Shown here: piece after piece, positions 53,788 to 63,059 of the stretch
Layout of the letters: every line of letters begins with the position of its first letter
Position numbering within the stretch: position 1 is the stretch's first letter
Notes under the pieces: generated by a model
What the model saw: the letters and a program-made list of their open reading frames with translations, nothing else
Database searches by the model: none
Told to the model about the DNA's origin: nothing
Translations under genes and position numbers: made by a program
Source of the DNA: Bispira polyomma
Lineage: Eukaryota
Length of the DNA stretch: 64,000 nucleotides
Assembly: GCA_965649765.1 (NCBI GenBank)
Contig: OZ287752.1
Location: 60,574,001-60,638,000 of the forward strand
Direction: 5' to 3'

Positions 53788-56221
53788 TGTTGTAATACGA
53801 GTTTTAGTTGTAAGCCAAATCCGGCTCTCGTCCAGTTGTTGATATTTGCAAATGCACGTAAAGAATAATATATTATTGTTTCTAGTTAAACTGTTTCATT
53901 ATATAACATAATGGCAGCTGTGGGATAAAAGCAACCATTGAAGACCTGCCTAAACTTGTATAAAAAGAGTCTGCATTGAGGGATAAGTTTAAGCTTTTTG
54001 AACAGGGAATAGAACTATTCTTTATAGTAAACAAACAGTAGACAAACACAAATGCTATTATCTAATAACAGCTTTAGATGATGATGCTCTAGAGGAATTT
54101 AATTCTTGGGTCCTACAAAGTGGCTTAGTAGAGAGTTACAAAGACGTAGTCAAAAACTTTAAAGATGGCTAGAAGAAGGCTAGATTGCAGGTACACTTTA
54201 TGCATCAGAACCGGGATGAAAATCTAGATGATTTGTGACCCGATGCAGAACCCAGGCATTGAAATGTGAGTTTCAAGACATCAAACTCGAAAGTCGCATT
54301 ATTGAACAAATAATCGCCAGTATGCCCATTGGGAAATTCTAACGAGAACTTTTAGGTAAGGACAATACACTCACACTAGAGCAGACCATAGACGCAAACA
54401 CAAATACACAGTTTAGTGCAGAAAAACTCAAACATATAGCAGCCGCAAATACGTCAGTATCAACAGATACTGTCAAAAGATCAGTAGAATGGAACCAGAA
54501 ACAGTCACGTCATAAAAACTGTTGTGCTCATGCCCATCAAGAGATGCTTGCCCAGCAAGATATTACAAAATGTCATGCTTGTCAGCATATCGGACATTGG
54601 AAAACAGGCTGCCGTAGCTCCAACCAGCAAAATTCCTTTCAGCAAGGAACACATGCCGATCAAAACTTTCGAAACTGAGGCAGAATGCAATCAAGACCAA
54701 GTAAGGGAAGGCCAAACAAAAGGACTGTAAACACTGTCAACCAGGCTGATGTTATACATGATGACCAACAGGAATTATGGCAGGGCACCATATATGACAA
54801 TATTAACATTTGCAACTACTCAGCAGAGTCAAGCAGAACCAAAGTATTTGTTACCATGAGGATTTTTCCTAGAAATAAAAACAACATAAAGCAATACCTT
54901 AGGGCAAAGGTCGACAGTGGTGCTGAAGGAAATACACTTCCTGTTCGTGCATCCTACAATATATTCCCAGACAAGCTCAATCAAAATGGCTCACCGGCTG
55001 TGAAACAAGGTATAGGAGCCTACCTGACAAAATACAACAGCACAGAGCTGAAACGCTACGGACAAGTGTAAATTCAAGCAAACCGTTTGCAACACACAAT
55101 TCTATGTGGTGGATCCGCCGGGACCACAGTTGCTTGGTTTACCAACTTGTGAGAGAATAAAAATATCAGAACTTCACTGCAATGTGACAGGATAACATAG
55201 TAATCACATCAAAGACAGTGGTGAAATAAAGCCTATCAACACCAAGGATGATCTAATAAACAATACCCTAATCCATAGACCCACCAAGAAAGTACCCATT
55301 GCACAAGCTTGATCAAATCAAGCAAAGACTGGATCGAATGGAGCAACTTAAAGTGATCCGCAAAATAACACAACACACAGAATGGTGTGGTAGCCTAGTT
55401 TTCGTCTTTAAGCCTGATGGCTCCCTGGGGGTTTGCCTAGACCCAGCTAGGCTGAACAAAGCTAACATTAGATGCCCACACAAAATGCCTTACCTTAAAG
55501 AACTGAACTAAAAACTGTCCAATGCAACTGTTTTTAGCCAGCTTGATGCCAAATCTGAATATTGGGCCATCCGACTAGACAAAAATCGTCAGTAACTCAC
55601 AACTTTCAGAACACCACTGGGCAGATATTCCTTCCCTTTGCCTTCTATTCTGGTTGAATGTCTCCCAGGATATTTTCCAGCAGGCAATGGACAGCATCCT
55701 CGAAAACTGCCCCGATGTCATCAACAAGGCAGATTACAGATTCACAAATATAAGTATTAATACTTATAAAATATGCAGACTCTGATAGATGAATTGTTTT
55801 GTTCATTGACTCTTTTAATGACAAGTTCCTCAGATCAATATGTCTATAATTTGTATAATAGTTGTTACCACTAAGTAATTAAAAACTTCATCATTTAATT
55901 GTGTAATGGCACTGATGACTTTACCCAAGAGTCATAGTTGTAAATCTTGTCAACAAACACTGTAATTGAGCTATTCTATAATTTAGTAGTAATAGTGATT
56001 GTTTTTCCATTTTTTTCATTTCTAAATTATAAATTCAGTTACAGAACTATGAAATCTTAAATTACATTAACTGCTCTGCAAGGTTTAATGTTGTTAGAAT
56101 GGAGATGTTGTAGTTTCAGTTGTAACCCAAATCCAACTTGCGTCCGGTTGTTGATTTTTGCAAACACACATGAATAAAAGATTGGGGTTTCTAGTTTAAC
56201 TATTTGTTTCATTTTATAGCA
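53788..56221 (+). mobile_element. Decayed, internally deleted Ty3/Gypsy LTR retrotransposon (Mag-like)
   Basis: LTRs at 53788-53908 and 56106-56221 (TGTTGTA...CA, about 120 bp, diverged). 5-bp TSD cttac/cttat. PBS (taa)TGGCAGCTGTGGGAT resembles the complement of the tRNA-Leu 3' end. Purine tract AGAATGGAGA precedes the 3' LTR. Confidence 0.92.
53930..55735 (+). pseudogene. gag-protease-RT remnant of the Gypsy element
   Basis: Gag-like TRCRTQALKCEF...RIIEQII, zinc knuckle CHACQHIGHWKTGC, aspartic protease AKVDSGAEGNTLP, and RT motifs KPDGSLGVCLDPARLNK, FSQLDAKSEYW, TTFRTPLGRY, SQDIFQQAMD. Many stops and frameshifts. Breaks off at the catalytic xADD motif; no RNase H or integrase seen. Confidence 0.92.
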
Positions 56222-57818
56222 CTTATACCACTAGGGTTTAGATCACTATGAAATTAACAATAGAACATGCTCCATTAAGCTGGCTTTTTGTGAATCTTTG
56301 TAAGTCAACAGGTATATTGGACCACCAATTTAGAACTGTCACAAAGTGGCCAATATTTGCTGAGCAATTGCATGATCAACAGTATAAAAAATGTATATTG
56401 ATCCACTCAAAATACGAGAGTGAATTGAGATGGTTCAGACTTCAAGGAGTCCTTTCATACTTAACCGATTCCAGCTTTCATCACTTTGTAAGTTTTCATT
56501 ACATCGCTTCCATCGCTTTGTAGTTTTTATTGATAATCTGTTAAAGGTTTTTTTTTTTCAAATATACCAGTGATTCATGTTGAAATGACTCAAAATTCTG
56601 CTGATAATGTGAAATTCATCTGCGTTAAATAGACTAAATCGTGCTTCTTAGCATTCCACAGCGAATGTCTTGCCTATATACCTAAATATCCATAAACTGA
56701 TAGAAACTATTGTTTTGGGGTTTGTTTTTCTTTTCAAAGTTTTACAAATGTATGGAATGTCCATGGTTTTGTGTTCAGTTAACCGGCTTAAGAATTATGG
56801 CCACAACACCAGCATTTTTGTTTAATACTATAGGTTTACTAAAGAAATATGGGCATTTTATAAGATATATGCACTGTTTGATGTATGTGACTAGTAGCAT
56901 GGGAGAGAAACTTGGCTGCCATAGCATTTACACCGATGTTTTTTTCTTATTCTCAGACTACGCTTCCTTTCAGCATGTTTTTCTCGGCCGACGTCGGCTG
57001 ACATTAGCGAAGGCTAAATGTTTATAATTAATAAATACAGGAAATGCATGAAACAATAATCTTAAGGTAATAATAGATGATAAATTCATTTTATGGTTCC
57101 ATGTTTTAGCTTATAAAGTAATTCATCAGAATTATATTTTCATTGTTTGAGTTCCAAGAAGCTGTTCCAAGATACATAACTTGTTTTTTTTAAATGTAGT
57201 TTTTTGCACAAGCCTCGACATATCATATTTTTTTTTTGCAAGAAACCCTATTTACATATGGTTACAGCATTGTGCTAAAATCCAGGGTCAACTACAAAAC
57301 AATACATAAAAAATGTTGACATGCTGTTGTTATTCATTCACCTTACCCCTGGAGCTTTGCATCCCAGTGCAACGTCATATGGTGGATAATTAGCCAGGAA
57401 AATGTTTTTGTTTTATATATTCTCACTGGTATTGGAGTTTATATACCACTTAAAAATATTCAAGCTCTTTAAAAAAAATTATATTAAAGATTTCTATACG
57501 TAGTTTACGTTTTGGTTTGTTTCATTAACCTCAATGCAACATTTTACACTTTAAAGTAACAAAACCTCATTGGATTTAGTCACCCACTAGGATTTAACCA
57601 GAAAGCATGAAGTGACAATGGTTTTTTGTTTGTCTCTGCTTATGCTATAGAATAGGATCAATGTATATGGACTTTCCACTTTGCTAGAGATGTTACTTCA
57701 GGGTAAATGATCAAGGAATACATGTAAACCACTGATTTCAGGGTAAATGATCAAGGGGTAGATATAAACATCTGATTTGATGAGACTATTTTGTTTGAGA
57801 GATGTGACAACTTTTGTG

Positions 57819-57909
57819 ATGGATATAAAATATGCTTCTTTGTATTTTGTACTCTACCTTCTTCAATTTATCAATGGTGGGTATTTACAATTATATCAGG
57901 CTGCAATGG
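57819..57909 (+). CDS. C-type lectin-like membrane protein, exon 1 (signal peptide)
   Basis: gtgATGG start, encodes MDIKYASLYFVLYLLQFINGGYLQLYQAAM(G), donor G|gtatgt phase 1. An alternative phase-1 donor G|gtgggt follows 57876. Too short to appear in the ORF track. Confidence 0.7.
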
Positions 57910-58390
57910 GTATGTTAGATAGGTTTTATGATGTTTAAATGATATCTTTTTATATTTAGACTTTTGTGTAAGTTATTTTTCCAAGTTTTCTGTGGGTAAA
58001 CAACACAGGTTTCATCAGAAAATATATGCATGTATTTTTCTCCACCACAAAATAAAAAAATTAATTGTGAAAAAAAAAATGCCAATGCGCATTCGTCAGT
58101 AATTTGCAGCTGTAATTCACATTTGTCTGTAATTTTAAGTTTTTTTGTTTGTTTGTTCTTGCTGATTGTCACAAGGATTCCACAAAAACTAGTGAAACAA
58201 TTTACATGTAATTTGATGGAGAGATTGAAAAGGATCCACGGCTAAATACATTATATTTTTGGATCAAAATAGAAGGGCATATCCATGAGTTTTCTTTCGC
58301 TTTTTGGCACTCTGGTGTCTTGGAAGAGGTGTGCACTCTATAGAGTATCCCTCTATTTTGTCATTAAAATGTATGTTATCTGTGTTCTAG

Positions 58391-58471
58391 GAGGGGAGTA
58401 CACCTTCTGGATATGTGGAGCACGGGCTGGGAGTGGGTGGACGTGGCAGTGTGGTCTTGAGATGGGGCAAG
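58391..58471 (+). CDS. C-type lectin-like protein, exon A (beta2 WIGL-equivalent and WxW region)
   Basis: tgtgttctag| ... CAAG|gtaagg, 81 bp, phase 1-1; GGEYTFWICGARAGSGWTWQCGLEMGQ. Confidence 0.85.
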
Positions 58472-58862
58472 GTAAGGACTGCCTGATGTTGTATGTCAGA
58501 TTAGGTTAGTTTTTGTGTTCAACGTCACCTTTCAACACGTTCTTGTGTCATACAATTGCAGGACACTAGACAGGCTAGTTAGTTAGTCAAGGTTTTCTGC
58601 TCTGCCAAATGCCAGCCTTTAGCAAGTCTATTGCCAACCGTTCAACTTACTGGCAATGGCTGGAGATTTGAACCCACAACTGCAGTGGCAGCAGGTGAGT
58701 AAGTTATAATAACTATATTACCAAGACCCCTTGTGTGGTGTTGTAATGTAAAGATATTATCAGTGCTAACCATACAATATTGTAGGCGGGTTCCTTTTAA
58801 ATTAGGCTTTAACATAGCTTTCAACACTATTTCATATTATATCAGGTGGTTTACTGGTGGAA

Positions 58863-59118
58863 TTTGAATTTGAATTGGGATAATTAACGTCCACTCTAGT
58901 AACGGTTTAGGTTATATTTGGACGGGTAGTTGGAAACGCTGGAGGAAACACTGCATACAGTTGATCAAGGTTCTGCACTGAATCCAGCGGCTCACACTAA
59001 GGACCTACCACCTTTCCCACATAGGCATCGACGGAAGTCGAACTCAAGCCTCTCAGAGGTGAGAGACCAGTGATTGTGAAGCGCAATGCTTGCTAACCAC
59101 TAAGCCATGGCGGCTCAC
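58863..59118 (-). mobile_element. Full-length young tRNA-derived SINE with a 14-bp TSD, nested in an older SINE within an intron
   Basis: TSD gtttactggtggaa at 58849-58862 and 59119-59132. A-box TGGCTTAGTGG, B-box GTTCGACTTCC, (AAATTC)n tail. Confidence 0.92.
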
Positions 59119-59550
59119 GTTTACTGGTGGAAGTGACTCTCAGATTTCATTGGTAGATAAAACAAGCCTTATTTGTACTGAATACCAGAGGGTATCCTCA
59201 GAGATGGAATGCTTATGATATGAAAGTGATAATTATAACTACAAAGCCATCCCATCTATACTAGCGGAGAAAATCAGCGTGAGTAAATTGATCGATTATG
59301 CCTATGAAATAAATCATTTGTCTGACCAGCTCAGTATAGTGTGTCACTAAGGATATTGTTGCTTTATAATAAGCTATAATTATACAAAGAAATGTACTTT
59401 AAGGAGAAACCAATATGCAAAAACGTGCATTATTTTTGTATAATGGCAACTGCGAAATGTTTTAACTTTATCTTAAACTTTGTCTATAGTATTTCCACAC
59501 GTAGATAATGATCATGCCAATTGCCATTAGTCTAAATTTGGTGTTTTCAG

Positions 59551-59697
59551 ACATTGAGACCACCTTTGTGGGCTGGTCAGAAGGTTCTGATCCACAAGAC
59601 CTCACTAAGGACGCCCTGGCTATGGATGATGAGGGGGACTTCCTGTATACACCACTCAAGGCCACTGACATAGTCCACCGCACCATGTGTGAAGTTC
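59551..59697 (+). CDS. C-type lectin-like protein, exon B (long loop to the terminal CE motif)
   Basis: gtgttttcag| ... GTTC|gtaagt, 147 bp, phase 1-1; DIETTFVGWSEGSDPQDLTKDALAMDDEGDFLYTPLKATDIVHRTMCEV (FxxWxxGxxP ... xCE pattern). Confidence 0.85.
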
Positions 59698-60510
59698 GTA
59701 AGTCTATAAAGACGTGTTTACCCAAATATACTGGCTTTTATCATGTAAAATGCTCCCTTTGTATTCTTGTATACTTCATGAAATGGACATCTGATTATTT
59801 AAAGGTGACAAAACGCTCTCAAAATTGACGAATCATTCTGAATTTGAAAAAGTCTGTTTCTAATTGGAAAAGGGGATGGAGGAGAGTACCAACTCACCCA
59901 TCTGAATGTACACATTGTCCACACGTTATCTCCAGTAAATATTATGGTATTAAAATGAAGCGACTGCTTCTGATATCAATGCCTTGCTATGTCCATGGAC
60001 TAAACGATTGCATCACTGATTCTGCTGTTGCTTTTTAGAAGATGTTTAGCATCAATATGTAAAAGGGATGATAACAATAATAATATCAGTTATATTTTGT
60101 AAACTTTAAAGAAATAATAACGCCAAATCAAGAAAGATGTGCAGTAAATTTGCCTTAAGACTGGCTAGCTTACCACTATTACATATATTTGTACAACCAA
60201 TTTTTCTTTTAAAGAAGGCCCTTCCAATAACTGCCACAGTAAAGGTTTTGGCTTTAGTCTGCACATGGCACTTCCACTGATCTAGAAGTATACCACTAAA
60301 GATTTATAATCGTATATCAGTTGATATGGAAAATAATACATAAAATTGGTCCATTACAGGGCTATGTAGAGCGATATATCGCTCGATCGCTCGACTCTGA
60401 AGCTATATTGACTTTGTAACGTGTCACCATGTTTCACCCATTGGAATTCCTCAATTCTGTTATTAGATGTATTAACATTGTGTTTAATGATGCCCTTTTC
60501 TCTCTTGCAG

Positions 60511-60720
60511 GTGTACTAGGTGACTGCCCAGATGGGTGGGGCCGTATCATCTATCAGTCCGATTCCTGCTGGCAGTTGATCTTTTACAGTACCGGCTACA
60601 GTTGGAGTGAGGCAAATCAGGCATGTCGTGATCTGGAGGTGTTGGATGCTGCACCATATCTATGTGTGATCAGTTCTGTTGATGAATATGAGGCCATCAG
60701 AAGCTGGCTTAGTCCACTCT
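60511..60720 (+). CDS. C-type lectin-like protein, exon C (canonical N-terminal half: beta0, beta1, alpha1, alpha2)
   Basis: cccttttctctcttgcag| ... CTCT|gtaagt, 210 bp, phase 1-1; VLGDCPDGW...SCWQL...YSWSEANQAC...YLCVISSVDEYEAIRSWL. Confidence 0.92.
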
Positions 60721-61150
60721 GTAAGTGAAATCTATTTTCACATATTCAACTCTAAGTGAGGTGTATATCCCTATCAACTACTGGCTTAGTTACTACTATA
60801 ATTGAAGTGTATCTATCTATGGGCAACTGGCTTAGTTCATACTTTAAGTATAAGGAAAGGCCCTTTTTTCCTATTGTGTATTTCACCAAGAAAAAAAAGA
60901 CTTACTTCCTACTGTAAGTTTAGTGTATATTCTTATCATGAATTAGCTTACCTCCTACTATAAGTGAAGTGTATCTCCCTATCAGGGAATGGCTTAGTTC
61001 ATAGTGTATCTTATTATCATGAACTGGCTTACTTCCTACTATAAGTGAAGTGTATCACCCTATCAGGAACTGGCTTAGTTTCGACTTTAGTTGAAGTATA
61101 TCTCTCTATTAAGTAATGGCTTAGTTCCTACTGTAAGTAAAGTGTATCTT
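60695..61150. repeat. About 45-bp degenerate minisatellite derived from the exon C / intron junction
   Basis: The unit ~ATCAGGAACTGGCTTAGTTCCTACTATAAGTGAAGTGTATCTCCCT matches the exon end ATCAGAAGCTGGCTTAGTCCACTCT|GTAAGTGAAATCTAT. Confidence 0.8.
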
Positions 61151-61182
61151 TCCTTTGTTAATTCTTTGATTTCACATCACAG

Positions 61183-61236
61183 GTGTATCCTGCCGTGAAA
61201 ATAATGCACGGCTGCAGCAATCACCGACTACAATTG
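61183..61236 (+). CDS. Possible 54-bp exon E of the lectin-like gene
   Basis: Acceptor ttctttgatttcacatcacag| and donor ATTG|gtgaaa (moderate), phase 1-1, open frame: (C)VSCRENNARLQQSPTTI. Confidence 0.5.
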
Positions 61237-61644
61237 GTGAAATATAGTGACAGTATAGTTTGTAGATTGCACAAAAGATCGTGACATTAATCTTTCTATT
61301 CAGATTTCTTAAACCCATCGCATTTTATCAGTTAAATGTAACACACATTTTAATATCATATAATGATGTTTTTATTGGGGAAGTTTGTATATACAAACAT
61401 CAGTGTCTGATTGCCACAAAAAACTGGTGTAATTTTCCTTGGCAATAGGCTATTTTCCCACCTTTCAATGGAAATACATTCCATGTTCGGGGTTCCTAAA
61501 AATACATGTCAAAGCTATTTTTCTTGCTAGAAGATGTGATAATATTTTGCATATATAACACAATCAACTAGTATACAACATCCATTTTGTTTGTTTGAAT
61601 ATGTGTAATACATACACCTAAAACCTGTCATCTTTCTGTGATAG

Positions 61645-62291
61645 TGCCTCCAAGACACCCAGTTAGTACCACCGCCCATCCAGAAAACACAACACAATAT
61701 GAAACAACTACTTGGTATGTGGAACCCAAGTCAAATGCAGAAACTACTGAGGTGGAAAGCACGACATCGAGATATACTATACTTCGCACAGAAACGCCAC
61801 ACTATAGCTCCAATAGAATTCCCCACAGCTCCCGTACAACACCCTATGACCACAGCACACCACAATCTAGTACTACAACTTCTGGATATAGGTCGTCTAT
61901 AGATTTTACATCAACAGAGGACATCGTATCAGCTGACTTTACTAAGGTCAGTTTAACAACTTCTCGTCCTACTTTGAGTGAAACATCAAATCATGTTTAT
62001 GAAGAACCGATGACTTCCGTTAGAACAGGAAGTGACATTCCGGAAGTGCGCCCCTTATTAAGCTTGTATATAGACAACAGCGTGGCGCCAAAGGGGATTG
62101 AGCACCTGAATCCTGATAAAAGAGCTTTTGCAATAGGTGTCGGGGTCTTAGCTATCTTGCTGATGGTCGGGCTTGGAATATTTATTTGTCTCATGGATGC
62201 ACCGACATTTGTGAGGGACTTGAAAAAGGGCCGTAGAAATATCCAACACTTTTTGAAGTCAAAGAAGATTAAAGGAATACGGATGTGTTGA
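61645..62291 (+). CDS. C-type lectin-like protein, last exon (Thr/Ser-rich stalk, transmembrane helix, basic cytoplasmic tail)
   Basis: Acceptor tctttctgtgatag| phase 1; T/S-rich stalk; TM AFAIGVGVLAILLMVGLGIFICLM; stop TGA; AATAAA at about 62372. The joined CDS is 1176 nt (391 aa), or 1230 nt (409 aa) with exon E, both in frame. Confidence 0.88.
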
Positions 62292-62862
62292 TAAAATGTG
62301 AGGACTATAGATATTTACCGATTGCTGTTAATTGTTGTGTATTGTATTTTACAAAATACCAGTAGTTTTAGAATAAATTATTTTATTCTTAAATTAGTAA
62401 TTGTTTTGCAAAATGGTTAGTTTCATATAGTTGTTTACAGTATTTTATGGACATAATACATTTGTCGGCCAGACTTGTGATGACCAGTTTCTGTAAAGAA
62501 AACCATCCCCAGATCATTGATTGCCCTTATAATTTAAAAGTAAGACAATAAATAGTTCAGTAAAAAGTCACAAATTTGTTTTGAAATCTTTATTATAAAA
62601 TCATGTGCATTTTAGAAGGAAGCTCAACTTTTTTGTTCAATTATTAAAATATATACAGATTCTGCTATAATCAACCACTTGATCTTCGAGGACAGGAGTC
62701 TCGTGTGACTCCATATGCAAAATGTGTCGCATTTTCTTTTTTGCATCAAACATTTTATTTCTGATTCTTATTCACAAAGGTTCTGTGGGTTTTTTTATAT
62801 TTATTTGATCAGTACACTCAATAATTCTTAGTGTTCATCACCAGAGGTCGTTGTTCAGGGCA

Positions 62863-63059
62863 CTACTTTGCTGGTGGCCAGTTACAGGTGGTAATTGCAG
62901 GGTCCCAGACCAGACCAGGTGGGCAATCCTTCTCCCAGCACCCCCCATATGCATCACACTGTACAAACTTGGTGGAATCTGTATGTGGGAAGTAAAAGCC
63001 ATGGACAGATGTGTTTTTTGGGTCACAGGGATTCCTGTCATCACAGTTGTAGCCATCTG
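62863..63059 (-). CDS. Last exon of a chitin-binding type-2 (CBM14/peritrophin-A) domain protein
   Basis: Acceptor ttttctttgactttgcag|cag|, phase 1; ...NPC...FYFPHTDSTKFVQCDAYGGCWEKDCPPGLVWDPAITTCNWPPAK*. Minus-strand AATAAA signals lie downstream (about 62755 and 62590). Upstream exons were not identified. Confidence 0.9.

Noticed and set aside
1020-57027. Most 60-110 aa ORFs in the supplied track
   Set aside because: They are short, often start at non-ATG codons, show no motifs or splice support, and many overlap SINEs or MITEs; this is expected noise.
60719-60728. Selenocysteine reading of the T|GA formed by a C>A junction
   Set aside because: That junction is not collinear in the genome, and I could not identify a SECIS element in the short 3'UTR.
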